A stretch of 64,000 nucleotides of DNA, from the IMG/VR virus record IMGVR_UViG_2791355104_000001; one strand, written 5' to 3'. Position 1 is the first letter of the stretch; each line of letters opens with the position of its first letter. This document shows positions 44,373-55,206 of this stretch, piece after piece. The DNA is from a virus. Taxonomy: Duplodnaviria > Caudoviricetes. The translations under genes were made by a program, and so were the position numbers. The notes below the pieces were generated by a model, which was not told where the DNA came from, searched no databases, and worked only from the letters and a program-made list of their open reading frames with translations.

Positions 44373-46213
44373 AAAGCAAACAATGGTTTACGCCTGTAAG
44401 GTTTTCTCACCTGACAGGGCACGCTGGTGTAGGTTCAATTGTAAGAGATCAAAATGACTATCTACTGTTTGTTAAAGACACATCGACTTGGCCTATAAAA
44501 AATTTAACCAAACTTCACGCGGTTGAAAGAGTAAAACGACATCTGGAAGTATCCAGCAATTTAGTGTTGCCGCCTGAGGCATCGATTGATGAGACCGCCA
44601 ACCTAAGGATCTCTGGTGGCGCGATTCCTACAGTACGTTTTCCGAACTGGGCTTTATGTAATTTATGCAACACATTGCATCTCGCACCTTGGAAGAATAG
44701 CAGTGTTGAAATAAGCCAAAAGCTGAAATGCCCGACGTGTAACAAAGGAACACTGAGTCAGGTGACATGGTGTGCTGTAAGTAGTTATGGTGATTTAATT
44801 GATGTTCCTTGGCATAAACTCAGTCACCGTAATCCAAAAAACGATGCTCAAACACATTGTCGTTCCAGCTCGAACGAGAGTTACCTAAAGCTAGAGCTTA
44901 ATGAAAGAGGGCGATGGGAAGTTCAGTGCAAGAAGTGTGGTGCCAAGAATTCGTTAGAGATGACGGATTTTCAAAGAAATGTACACAAACAGCCTGGTTA
45001 TCGTGAACGAAAATCGTTAAATGGCGAGGTGGTTACGTATACCGTTATGGAAGTAAACGATCCACGAGTATTTTCGTCAGTTAGCGAAAGGGCGTTAGTA
45101 ATACCGCCAGAGTCAAATATTGACAAAACGTCGTTATTTTTTAGATTAACTCAGCAATCACAGCTGGTTGCTGGCATTAAAGACGCAAAAAGGCCATTGC
45201 AGAAAAAACGAGAAGTTAAGAAAGCGATGAGGGAGCTTAAGTGTTCAGAGGAAGAGCTATTTAGTGCATTGGAAGAAATCGACAGAGGTGATTTAAAGGA
45301 TGCAGTAGATTTTAGCAACATTACACCCGATGACATGATGTTTGATGAATTCGAGGCGCTAACTACAATCCAAAAATTCAATAGAAACGCTGACTTTATA
45401 ACCTCTCATTTAACTAGCGAATGGTCTGACTATCTAGGTTCACTGAGTGAAAGCGGTGATATCAGGCCAGAGATAAACGTTATCGACAAGTTAATTGCCG
45501 TAAACCGCCTTAGGGTTATTGAGGTTTATAAAGGTTTTCAACGAGCAGCTAGCGACGCAGAAGATTTTGACCCCACACCAATAGTAGCTCCAGATTTTAC
45601 CGGTAACCTTGACTGGCTACCGGCGATAGAGCTTTTTGGCGAGGGCATGTTTTTCACGCTTAATAATGAAATTATTGAAAAGTGGGAGCAACACCCTCTC
45701 ATCAGACAGCGAGCTTTAGAAATAGAAACAAGATATCAAGATTCTGAAATAATATTGCCGGATGAGGCTATCCCCACCCCTAGGTTCATTCTTCTGCATA
45801 CGCTAGCACATGCACTTGTAAGAGAGCTAGAGTCCATAGCGGGCTACCCTGCAGCGTCTTTACAAGAACGAGTTTATAGTTCTGCAGAGAAAAAAATGGC
45901 CGGGGTCCTTATCTACACTGCCGTACCTGACATTGCTGGGTCGCTTGGAGGCATAATCGAGCAGGCAAAACCACGTCGATTTATCAAATTATTGGATTCT
46001 GCATTCAAGCAGCTTGAATGGTGCTCGATGGACCCTGTGTGTGGAGACATGGAAGGGCAAGGGCCTTCTTGGTTAAATCGCGCAGCCTGTCATGGCTGTG
46101 TCCTTTTACCTGACACTTCATGTAGTTACAACAATGTATTTCTAGATAGAGTTTTCATTAAAGGTAAGCCAGATGAAGGTATACCGTCACTGAAGGAGTT
46201 TGTGAAAAAATAA
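44369..46213 (+). CDS. drmB: DISARM DrmB-like DUF1998 protein
   Basis: LLHTLAHALVRELES.AGY..ASLQERVY, GSLGG, CSMDPVC...AACHGCVLLPDTSC Zn motif. Confidence 0.88.
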   Translation: MKSKQWFTPVRFSHLTGHAGVGSIVRDQNDYLLFVKDTSTWPIKNLTKLHAVERVKRHLEVSSNLVLPPEASIDETANLRISGGAIPTVRFPNWALCNLCNTLHLAPWKNSSVEISQKLKCPTCNKGTLSQVTWCAVSSYGDLIDVPWHKLSHRNPKNDAQTHCRSSSNESYLKLELNERGRWEVQCKKCGAKNSLEMTDFQRNVHKQPGYRERKSLNGEVVTYTVMEVNDPRVFSSVSERALVIPPESNIDKTSLFFRLTQQSQLVAGIKDAKRPLQKKREVKKAMRELKCSEEELFSALEEIDRGDLKDAVDFSNITPDDMMFDEFEALTTIQKFNRNADFITSHLTSEWSDYLGSLSESGDIRPEINVIDKLIAVNRLRVIEVYKGFQRAASDAEDFDPTPIVAPDFTGNLDWLPAIELFGEGMFFTLNNEIIEKWEQHPLIRQRALEIETRYQDSEIILPDEAIPTPRFILLHTLAHALVRELESIAGYPAASLQERVYSSAEKKMAGVLIYTAVPDIAGSLGGIIEQAKPRRFIKLLDSAFKQLEWCSMDPVCGDMEGQGPSWLNRAACHGCVLLPDTSCSYNNVFLDRVFIKGKPDEGIPSLKEFVKK

Positions 46214-47418
46214 TGGCAGCACGTGTTTTTGAGTTACCCAAAGAGCATGAATTAACAAAAGACCAGAGAATGGCTATTCGACTACCTGCAGATGGGCAAT
46301 ATTTGATTGTTGGTGCTCCTGGTACAGGAAAGTCTGTTGTCGCACTTATGCGCCTTAAAAAATACGCGGCAACAAATGAAACGCTATTCTTGTCGTACAA
46401 CCATGTACTCAATCATGCAAATAAAGTACTAGCCGGGCCTGATGAAAACTTTCATATGAATACTGCGATGTCTTGGCTTTATGATTTTCAATACAAAGCA
46501 GCGGGTGGCTCGCAGGCAAATTTTGAACAAGCCAAGATGCCTGAAATTGAAAATCGCAAACCTGATTATGATGCGTTGATTAATCGTTTTGAAGAGCTAG
46601 GCGCATCGTGCACATCAACGAACTTTATTATTGATGAAGGTCAGGATTTACCGCCAGAATGGTACGAAGCAGTCGAGGCACTTAATGTTGAAAATTTCTT
46701 TATTGTTGCCGATCAAAATCAGCAGATTACCGAACAGAACTCATCGCAGTCAGATTTACTTGATGCTTTGGGTCTAGAAAAAGACGACGTAATTCACCTA
46801 AAAGAAAATTGGCGAAACACCACGCCAATTTCTGCCTTTGCTAATTATTTTTATACTGACAAATCAAGTGAAAAGCCAGCGCTTCCGAAAAAACCATCGG
46901 CTCACGTTCCTATCTTGTATGAATACAAGATGCTAGGTAGCGCAAAAGAGCTAATTTTAAGTTCCTATGATAACGACCCCTCAAAGCTGATAGGTTTATT
47001 TGTTGCTAACGAAGGTAAAAGAGAACATTGGGCAAAATATCTTAAAAATGATAACAAACAAAGACGGGAAGCATCTCCCGTAGTAAGTACCTATTACTCT
47101 AATCAAAAAGGTTCGGTAAACATCGATTTCTCTCAAGGGGGGATTGTTGTTTTAAATGATAAGTCTGTGAAAGGTATAGAGTTTGATGAAGTGTTTATTA
47201 TCATTGACGGTTTTAAAGCAATAGGTAGTGACATCGAGTCGTTAATGAAGCGAATGTATGTCATGGCGTCGCGTGCTCGCGACAGGTTGTTTTTACTAAA
47301 AAGTGAAGTCCAAGAAAGTTTATTTGAAGACATTCTTCCACCCGTAGGCGAAACAATTGAAATTGAGCGAAATGGCCACGTTGAAAAACATGAACTCCTC
47401 AAGAGAATTAAAATATGA
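46213..47418 (+). CDS. UvrD-like SF1 helicase/ATPase
   Basis: GAPGTGKS, IIDEGQD, ENWRNT, KGIEFD, YVMASRAR. Confidence 0.82.
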   Translation: MAARVFELPKEHELTKDQRMAIRLPADGQYLIVGAPGTGKSVVALMRLKKYAATNETLFLSYNHVLNHANKVLAGPDENFHMNTAMSWLYDFQYKAAGGSQANFEQAKMPEIENRKPDYDALINRFEELGASCTSTNFIIDEGQDLPPEWYEAVEALNVENFFIVADQNQQITEQNSSQSDLLDALGLEKDDVIHLKENWRNTTPISAFANYFYTDKSSEKPALPKKPSAHVPILYEYKMLGSAKELILSSYDNDPSKLIGLFVANEGKREHWAKYLKNDNKQRREASPVVSTYYSNQKGSVNIDFSQGGIVVLNDKSVKGIEFDEVFIIIDGFKAIGSDIESLMKRMYVMASRARDRLFLLKSEVQESLFEDILPPVGETIEIERNGHVEKHELLKRIKI

Positions 47419-48953
47419 GCGCTAACAAATGGTTTTTGGTAACCAATACAGAGAATCTTAAATATTACTTCGACTGTAATATGATGGTCGAGAGACAGGC
47501 GTTTGAAGGTAATGCGTATCTTAGAGATATTCAGGCAGAAAGACCTAAAGGATACATTACCCTTAATGATCAAACCAATCTAACAGACGCGCTTGAGCTC
47601 TCTATTTCGGAAGATCCTAATCTTGAAAGTTGTATAGTTGAAGTAGACCTTAGTGGGCTAGAGTCAGCGAGCGTCTATGGTAGGGTTTCTGAAAAGCAAT
47701 ATGAGTTCGGTAGCCTTGACCAGATATTACGTTCTGATGTTGACGAAATTTTAATACCAGCGCCTTTACCTATTGGCATAATAAAAACTGTTTTTCTGAA
47801 AAATGCTAAAGCAAGCGATTTATTAAAAAGCGAGCTTACGCGCCTATATGGCGTACTTCCTCCTAAATACATTACGCAAAATGCCAAACTATTTAAATCT
47901 GGGAAGCAAGGTAGTTTGCCTTCTGAACTAGACATAGACTCATCAGTAAGCTGCATTAGTTTGAATGAAATTGCTGACATTGCACTAGATTATAAAAAAG
48001 CTGAGGCACTTGGTGGTGCTTTAGCACTGGCATATTACCAAACAAAAAACGGCAGCCTTTCATGTGAACTATTCAAGAAATTTGTAGAACGTTCTGATGA
48101 GCCTATCAGTGACACTATCATCGCTTTTCAGAACTGGCTAGTTGATGCCAACCATACAAGCGAACTCGATTCTTTCTATAAGAGAGTGCTAGACATAGCC
48201 TCTAGTGAATCTGACTTTGGCACTATTCAGCACGATTTGCTTAATTCGTTTGAAAATAAAGATGGCATACCAGACGCTTATACCAAAGTCGCTGGCCTTG
48301 CTAAGCGGTTAAGGCAACTCGTGGATAGAACATATGAGGGGGACCTAGACACTTACTTCTCCAAGCTTATAAATCATTATGAGAGTGAAGAAGAGGGCGG
48401 CTCAAAACCCTTTTTATTGATATCAATGATTTTTGTACGTGACCACACAGAAACTGCTTTAAAGTTCTATCATGAAAGTTTTACTGAAGAAGATTACTTT
48501 CTAATAGCCGCTTTCTATGGACTTTTTCAGGGTATAAAGCGAGTGCCTGAACGAGTTCGCAGTGTGAGTGGTCTTCGAAATTGGGTGTCGCATCACATGG
48601 TCGTTTTGTTACATAAAACGACGGGGGCTCGCGTTACTATTCAGAAAGCGCCAGTTCAACCGCCACTGATTTACCAAAAATACATTAAGGATACACCCAA
48701 CTCTAAGTTACAAGATAATTTACAGAAGTTTGTTTTATTTATGGGAATGAATGAACAAGAGGTACTTTCTTGGGAGCTAAACACTAAAGAAGAGTATCGG
48801 GTTAAAGGAAGCGCTATTACTTTTTCTACTCGCCCTAAGCTTGTAGCAAAGGTATTGTCTTCAAACTTTGAAAAGTCGATGCGCCATAAAACAATAAAAG
48901 ACGCTGATGAATTGTTCGATATGAACGAAGCGCTAGATATATTCAAGGCGTAA
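47415..48953 (+). CDS. Hypothetical protein (512 aa) in the drmAB operon
   Basis: ATGA-coupled to the upstream helicase; no confident family. Confidence 0.75.
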   Translation: MSANKWFLVTNTENLKYYFDCNMMVERQAFEGNAYLRDIQAERPKGYITLNDQTNLTDALELSISEDPNLESCIVEVDLSGLESASVYGRVSEKQYEFGSLDQILRSDVDEILIPAPLPIGIIKTVFLKNAKASDLLKSELTRLYGVLPPKYITQNAKLFKSGKQGSLPSELDIDSSVSCISLNEIADIALDYKKAEALGGALALAYYQTKNGSLSCELFKKFVERSDEPISDTIIAFQNWLVDANHTSELDSFYKRVLDIASSESDFGTIQHDLLNSFENKDGIPDAYTKVAGLAKRLRQLVDRTYEGDLDTYFSKLINHYESEEEGGSKPFLLISMIFVRDHTETALKFYHESFTEEDYFLIAAFYGLFQGIKRVPERVRSVSGLRNWVSHHMVVLLHKTTGARVTIQKAPVQPPLIYQKYIKDTPNSKLQDNLQKFVLFMGMNEQEVLSWELNTKEEYRVKGSAITFSTRPKLVAKVLSSNFEKSMRHKTIKDADELFDMNEALDIFKA

Positions 48954-48956
48954 AAT

Positions 48957-50528
48957 GTGAAGTTAATACCAGGAAAGCCTCATAACACCACAAGCAAAGC
49001 CGAGTTTAAAGTTTTTGAAAAACTTGCAGACTCTGAATTTGCGGATCATCATCCGATAGGCTTCCATTCACTAATTCTCACTAAACATGATTACAAAAGG
49101 GTTGGCGAGGCTGACTTTGTAATTGTTTCTATTTACGGACTATTTGTCTTAGAAGTTAAAGGCGGCAAGATCTCTTATGTAGATGGTAAGTGGTCTACAG
49201 AGGGAAGAAATGGCAAAGACCAAATTCAAGACCCTTTCCATCAGGCAAATACTGCCGTACATGCAATAGTTAAGAAAATTGATGATTATTTAGGGGCGCA
49301 CAAAGTTCGATTTCCGATTGGGTATGGGGTGGTTTGCCCAGACACGCTCTGGCCTTGTGAGGGTGGAGAGTGGGACAGAGAAATGGTATGCGACAGCCGT
49401 GATTTTAGAAATTTCAATCATTGGCTTAAAGCGTTATTTGACTATTGGACATTAGAAAGACCTAATAACGATCAATTACTCAGCCAAGCTGATGTTGACG
49501 CCATTGCCGCCTACCTGCGCCCCGATTTTGAAACTATTCAACCGCTTTTTGACCATGTAAAACAAGTAGAGCAGTCATCGGTAAGATTAACCGAAGAACA
49601 GTATAAATTTGTCGACATTGCTGAGATTAATAAACGCGTAATTTGCCATGGGGGGGCAGGTACAGGTAAAACATTCCTAGCCGCTGAACTATCCAGAAGG
49701 TTTATCGCAAAGGGGCTTAATACGCTTTTCGTCTGCAAATCTTCATGGCTTAGGCATTACTTAACAACGCGCATTCAAAACGACCGTCTAGTGATAGCAA
49801 CCATATCATCCGTGGGTAACGCATTACGCCGCTCTGGTCTCGATGCTTTCGACGCACTCATCGTTGATGAGGGGCAAGATTTGCTGAATTTTCAAGACTT
49901 GCAACTTCTAGACTCATTAATAGCTGGTGGTTTTGATAATGGACAGTGGTATTTTTTTCACGATGCTAATAACCAAGCTAATTTGTTAGATAAATTAGAC
50001 ACAGAAGCCTTCAGCTGGTTAAAAAGCAGGAACAACCCAACCCTTCTTCCACTTAGCGTAAATTGCAGAAACACTTCTAATATTCTTAAGTCGGTTCAAA
50101 AAGAACTTACGTGTGATGTGGGTATGCCAACCCTTGCCGATGGCCCCGAAGTTATTGAATATCAGGGTAATGAAAGTGAGCTGGTGGGCAGTCTAGAAAA
50201 ACTCATTACTGAACTAGCAAATTCAGAGCTGATGCCGGGCTCAGTTACAATACTCTCACCAATAAGCAAACGAAAGTCGATTATCAAAAAGCTACCTGCC
50301 TCAACACTAGAGCTCATATCAGAACTTGATGACTATGTAGTAAGGAAGTTGCCGTTTGAGGGGATCACCTTTTCGAAAATCCAAGACTTTAAAGGGTTAG
50401 AGAATGATGTGATTATTTTGGTAGATTTAGTACACCCCTCAAAATTAAGTGATGATGAAAGTAAAGCATTGCACTATGTGGGTATGACCAGAGCTAGGGC
50501 AATGCTCTACTGTTTGTGGAGTGAGTGA
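48957..50528 (+). CDS. NERD nuclease fused to SF1 helicase
   Basis: GEADFVIV...LFVLEVKGG (NERD); GGAGTGKT, IVDEGQD, NCRNT, FKGLEND, YVGMTRAR. Confidence 0.88.
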   Translation: MKLIPGKPHNTTSKAEFKVFEKLADSEFADHHPIGFHSLILTKHDYKRVGEADFVIVSIYGLFVLEVKGGKISYVDGKWSTEGRNGKDQIQDPFHQANTAVHAIVKKIDDYLGAHKVRFPIGYGVVCPDTLWPCEGGEWDREMVCDSRDFRNFNHWLKALFDYWTLERPNNDQLLSQADVDAIAAYLRPDFETIQPLFDHVKQVEQSSVRLTEEQYKFVDIAEINKRVICHGGAGTGKTFLAAELSRRFIAKGLNTLFVCKSSWLRHYLTTRIQNDRLVIATISSVGNALRRSGLDAFDALIVDEGQDLLNFQDLQLLDSLIAGGFDNGQWYFFHDANNQANLLDKLDTEAFSWLKSRNNPTLLPLSVNCRNTSNILKSVQKELTCDVGMPTLADGPEVIEYQGNESELVGSLEKLITELANSELMPGSVTILSPISKRKSIIKKLPASTLELISELDDYVVRKLPFEGITFSKIQDFKGLENDVIILVDLVHPSKLSDDESKALHYVGMTRARAMLYCLWSE

Positions 50529-50570
50529 CAACAGCAATTTAATTTTAAATCGCACTCGAAGGGTTTGACG

Positions 50571-52644
50571 TTAGTCTTGTTTGAATATATCTACATTCGT
50601 TTCTAAACACTTACGTAAGCTTAAATCATTTACACCTACACCCTACACCGAACCAGCTATCTGGTTTTTGATAAAAATCTAAGCCTCTCCCAATCTTAAT
50701 TGTCCAGCCATTATCTATACGGATTTCACGGTCATGGAGGTTTTCATTGACTTTGACATCCAAATTAACATCCATTTCCAACAAACTCTGTTTTAGCCCA
50801 TCAAGTGCTTCTGCCATTTCTTGAATATTGGTATTGTCATCATACGACGTTATCAAAGTAATACTTTCAACAGAGGGCTGCTTAATTACGGCTTCACAAA
50901 ACCGAACAAAATTAGTGAGTTGATGTTTTGCTCTTATGTAAGGGTCTTCAATTACAAGAGATTTAGCTTCTAGCAAATATGGTAGGACGATACTTTCGTA
51001 ACTATAACCAGTGGCGCCGTAATTAATTTTGAAGTGCTGTTCCTTTAAGTTTTGGTTGTCGTCAACGGCAACGTCATCCTGATTTGCTATCACTTTCTCA
51101 GCTGGTGTAACTACTTTGGTAGTAGGCTTCTCTGTATCGGCTTCACCATCATCAGTGATACTTGTTTTTGATGGTTCTAATGTGGCTAAAGCGCCTATAG
51201 ATTCCGGACAGCGGACAATAATCTCTTCACCTGCTGCATTGATGTACGACAAATCAATATTAGCAAATTCATCATCAGGTTTGCGCTTATTCATCTGTTC
51301 TTTTACACGGCGACGACATTCAACCGCATACTCAACATATTGGTCAAATTCGTCGTTTGAACACTCACCATGTGGGTGAAGCATTTTTATGAAAGCACAA
51401 ACTGTTTTCTTTATTCCTTTCTCGTCACGCCCCTCAATCGCCCTACCAAGTTTTATGCGCTTATTCACCATTTCATAAACGTTTACCGATTTTAATTGAT
51501 GGTGGAAAGCTTCAGCCAAATAGTCAGTGATGAATCCATAGTTGTCAGTCAGGTAGTCACTTGAGTTTTTGGGCATTTCCCAACCCGGCAAATATGCATA
51601 AAACCGGTCCATAATTGCTAAATCAAACTCTTTTGGGAGGGGTTGAAATAGGTCGTATTCAGTAGAGTTGACAACTTGACGAACAGATAGGTCTAAGTTG
51701 CCAACAAATGCAGTACTTGCATCCGCGATAACTTCTTTCCCTCGTGAAAAGCGGCCGTTTGCCATAAAGTCTTTCAAAATCTGGATAACATCTGGGTCTT
51801 TCACCTTCATGTTACCAACTTCATCAAAAGCAATGGTGTCCCAATGCCCAACAAGCCCCGTTTCTTTACGATTTTTGTTATAAAACAAGGAGGCTACAGT
51901 AGCTTGGCCACCAGAAATTAGTGTGGAGTAAGGCGAGAACTCACTGTAAAAGTAAGATTTACCTGTCCCGCGCGGGCCCAGCTCAACAAAATTGAAGTTA
52001 GCTTCAACAAGCGGCGCTAATCTAAGTAGAAAATGAAACTTTACGCGTCGTTCAAGCTTAGTCGGCTCAAGTCCGACAGAACGAAGGATGATGTCCATCC
52101 ATTCGTCTCGAGTCATCTTGCTACGCCCAGACTTGTAATCGTCAAAACTAAATCGACTTAGTTGAATAGGGCGTAGTTCTTCGATGTAGAAAGCATAGTC
52201 ATCTTCTTCTACTTCATTGTATGCAAGTTTCACCTCTGCCCAAATACCGCCTTCAAGTAGTCTCTTATTCTCCTTGTAGAATTTGTCGCCAACCGCTATT
52301 TTTTGCGAATTGAAGTTTTCTAAAGAGGCCCAGTGACGCTTTTTGGTTTCAACATAACGAACATGAACTTTATCTATAAATTTGTGACGTCCTTTTGTGG
52401 CAACCTTTGATTGGGCAATATTGGATTCGTCAGGACGAACGTAATTGTCTGAAAGCGTTTCAAGCACAGCTTCTAAACCGGCTTGAATTTCATCTTCGTC
52501 GTCACTGGCACAATACCGAGCAAGCAAAAACTCCAGCACAAACGTAGGAACATTTGTGCCTTTCTTAATTCGCTGAAGCAGGTCTTTTCTAACTAGTTTG
52601 CCGTCGAAGATTTCTATTAATTTATCATCTAGCTTGTCCATCAT
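50571..52644 (-). pseudogene. brxL: BREX BrxL (AAA+ ATPase, C-terminal MIT_C/PLD-like domain); last 20 codons shifted out of frame by a 7-bp duplication
   Basis: KGTNVPTFVLEFLL, ELGPRGTGKS, FDEVG, EDPYIR...HDREIR...GRGLD; tandem CTACACC at 50636-50649 causes an early stop at 50626, native stop at 50571. Confidence 0.85.
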
Positions 52645-52653
52645 ATCGCTTCC

Positions 52654-55206
52654 TTAAACGGCGTAGTCTGTTTCTAATTCAAGTGCATCGCCTAGTGTTG
52701 TGCTAGTTACTGGGTCGATAGCTTTTACCTTAAATTTGCCTTCAAACTCTGGGTCCATTTTCAGTGTAACTTTAATAGTCTTGTTTGGCTCAAGCGTTAC
52801 CGTACCTGTGGCTGCGTTAACGTGCTCTCCGGGGCGAGCTTCACCAACTACTTTGAGGTTTTTACCTGTTCCCGTATGTGCTTCGATTAACACTTCTGTT
52901 GCCTCTAAATCGTCAGAATCACCAAACAAGTCTGCACTTAACGACTCTAATTTCAGTTCGATTACTGCAAATCGAGTGGTAATACGCGTTGCGCCTTTTT
53001 TGTAATCTAAGATAACAGATGCTGTTTGGCCCGCTCTCACGGCATTTGGTTTTAACGTTATTTCGATAACAGGTACCAGGCATTCTTGCAGTGAAAGACC
53101 GCCATGATAATACAGCATACCTTTGCGGTAAGGTGCTAGAGAGCGAGGGCCTGCAAACATTTTTATGTCAGAGTTTATACCTAACTTATCACTTGAAAGG
53201 CAGTAGTGGTGGTCGTCAATATTTCCTGAGCCAAGCAATATTCTTTGATGCTCTATCTTCCAGTTACTATCTGGTGATAACACTTTATCGCCAGCTTCTT
53301 GAGCATTGTTCATGTGGAAGCCGTGATCAGTCACTACAAATACCTTCTGAAAGCCTTGCTCTTGAAGTTTATTTACCGCTTGGCGAATCTGCTTTAACTC
53401 CCTTTGCATCATTGCAGGCGCATCTTCGGGATGGTTCTCAAAAAAGCTATCTATTTCAGTACTTCGTAGAACTAATAAGTCTGTAGTACTGGCAACAGGT
53501 TTTGTCTTGGGCAGCTTTATAAAATCTTTTAAGGGCATTTCACTGAATCGATCGCCATACAACGTTCTGAAAACACCCATACGCTGTTCTACCGAACCAA
53601 CAGGCTTTCCGTTATAAAGTGCTTTAGTTTTACCATCATCCAAGCTTACCGAAAGGTTTGTGTGGGCGCCGGGTAGCAAGCTGGCCATGCCAACAGGCGT
53701 AATGGATGGCAATGTTGAAAAGGCGACGGACAGCTGAGAGTCAACATCCTCTTTGATTTGTTTATTAAGCTCGTACCCAAGCTCATAACGCAATGCGTCA
53801 ATCATAAGGTAAGCAATGCGATTAGTTCCACTTTTTAAAAGAGGTGCAACTTTGCTATCAAATAGTTGAGTGTTAGCTAATACTTCAGCTGGTGGCCACC
53901 CTGATTCATTGACGAAATGCGTAAAAGGTAGTTGGACAGATTCAACTAACTTCCGATAATTTTTACGAACCAAGTCGACAACACCTGGCATTAAATTATC
54001 AGACTCTGGGCAGTCATTTACTGCTTGCTCAAATTCACGATGAAACTGGTCGGCTCTGCGTAGTGAAGATTGATAAAACTCAACCAAATCGCTTTGCTTC
54101 TTAATAAAATTTGGCAGTTCTCTGGCTAAGTCTTCACATGTTTCCAAAAGGCGTTGTGACGATTTAACCAGCTCCCAATTTAACTGACTGTCACTGTTAG
54201 AGGACCAAACAGAGTTTGAGTGTTCCGCAACTATCTGTCGGGTTATATGCCCTTCGTCATTAAGAAGGGCAGTGATAGCTTGTTTGAGGTAACACTTCTC
54301 TTCAAATGGGAAAGTATCGCGGTGACCTAGTTTCGTAATGTTGGCACACACGCTATTAAGGTTTAGTTCTTGCTCAATCTCCGTGGCGCGCTCAATGTAA
54401 AGGCTCTGGTAGTCGGTGTGCTTTCTTAAGCTATCTCCAAGTTCTTCAACAATAGGTTGAGCTGAAGTTTTAGCGACGGGAACGTCAGATAAGCTACTGG
54501 GAATGGGCTCATTCAAGTCGAATGCAAACTCACTGAATAAAACAAATCGCCATAGTTCATCTGCGATGGCAGTCCAATTTGATTGCTTAGTGCGTAAGCT
54601 TAAACCTAAAGTTGAACTAAAGAGGCTTTGCACTTCGTTATACCAACTGGTTTCTGCCGCTAACTTATTTTGGACGGCTTTATTTGCAGTCATAAATTTA
54701 AATAATAAGTTAGCCGCTCCTTCGGTATTCAATGCTGCTTGTAGGGTAGGCCAATTAACACCCCCGCCAATTGCATTGATTACTTCAAAACTAGGATTGT
54801 TGTTCTTCTCAAACAGCTCGCGTATCGCAGTAGATTGGTCCGGCTTAGCTTTTAAACATATGTCGACATACTTATCACCAGAGCGCTCAGGATCGGGAAA
54901 AACACTTCCTGCTGCTGCATACAGCGCAAAAGGGTCTTTTTGTTTGTCTTCATCTTCGATGGGGGCTGTCTTCGGCACGTATACCAACAACTGTTTACTA
55001 GACTTTAAGTTTGACAGGATATTTATTGCATGTAAGCGTGTAGCCAAGCTGCCTTCAGTAACGTCAATGACATTACAGTTTTCATTTGCCATTTCTTTGG
55101 CCAGCTGGTGATAGCGCCCCTCGCCATCGTAAATAATCAGCACACTGTTATTGGATAGGCGACTTTGAAGAATATCCGTTTTTATATACTGTCCTATACT
55201 CACCAT
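52654..55206 (-). CDS. pglZ: BREX PglZ phosphatase/phosphodiesterase-domain protein
   Basis: IDALRYELG, LPSITPVGMASLLP, VTDHGF, HGGLSLQEC; 850 aa, intact. Confidence 0.93.
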   Translation of the reverse strand: MVSIGQYIKTDILQSRLSNNSVLIIYDGEGRYHQLAKEMANENCNVIDVTEGSLATRLHAINILSNLKSSKQLLVYVPKTAPIEDEDKQKDPFALYAAAGSVFPDPERSGDKYVDICLKAKPDQSTAIRELFEKNNNPSFEVINAIGGGVNWPTLQAALNTEGAANLLFKFMTANKAVQNKLAAETSWYNEVQSLFSSTLGLSLRTKQSNWTAIADELWRFVLFSEFAFDLNEPIPSSLSDVPVAKTSAQPIVEELGDSLRKHTDYQSLYIERATEIEQELNLNSVCANITKLGHRDTFPFEEKCYLKQAITALLNDEGHITRQIVAEHSNSVWSSNSDSQLNWELVKSSQRLLETCEDLARELPNFIKKQSDLVEFYQSSLRRADQFHREFEQAVNDCPESDNLMPGVVDLVRKNYRKLVESVQLPFTHFVNESGWPPAEVLANTQLFDSKVAPLLKSGTNRIAYLMIDALRYELGYELNKQIKEDVDSQLSVAFSTLPSITPVGMASLLPGAHTNLSVSLDDGKTKALYNGKPVGSVEQRMGVFRTLYGDRFSEMPLKDFIKLPKTKPVASTTDLLVLRSTEIDSFFENHPEDAPAMMQRELKQIRQAVNKLQEQGFQKVFVVTDHGFHMNNAQEAGDKVLSPDSNWKIEHQRILLGSGNIDDHHYCLSSDKLGINSDIKMFAGPRSLAPYRKGMLYYHGGLSLQECLVPVIEITLKPNAVRAGQTASVILDYKKGATRITTRFAVIELKLESLSADLFGDSDDLEATEVLIEAHTGTGKNLKVVGEARPGEHVNAATGTVTLEPNKTIKVTLKMDPEFEGKFKVKAIDPVTSTTLGDALELETDYAV

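Noticed and set aside
29991-50561. GCACTCGAAG decamer at 29999-30008 and 50552-50561 (plus ACTCGAAG tandem at 29991)
   Set aside because: A single 10-mer match can arise by chance in 64 kb; no flanking similarity or boundary logic.
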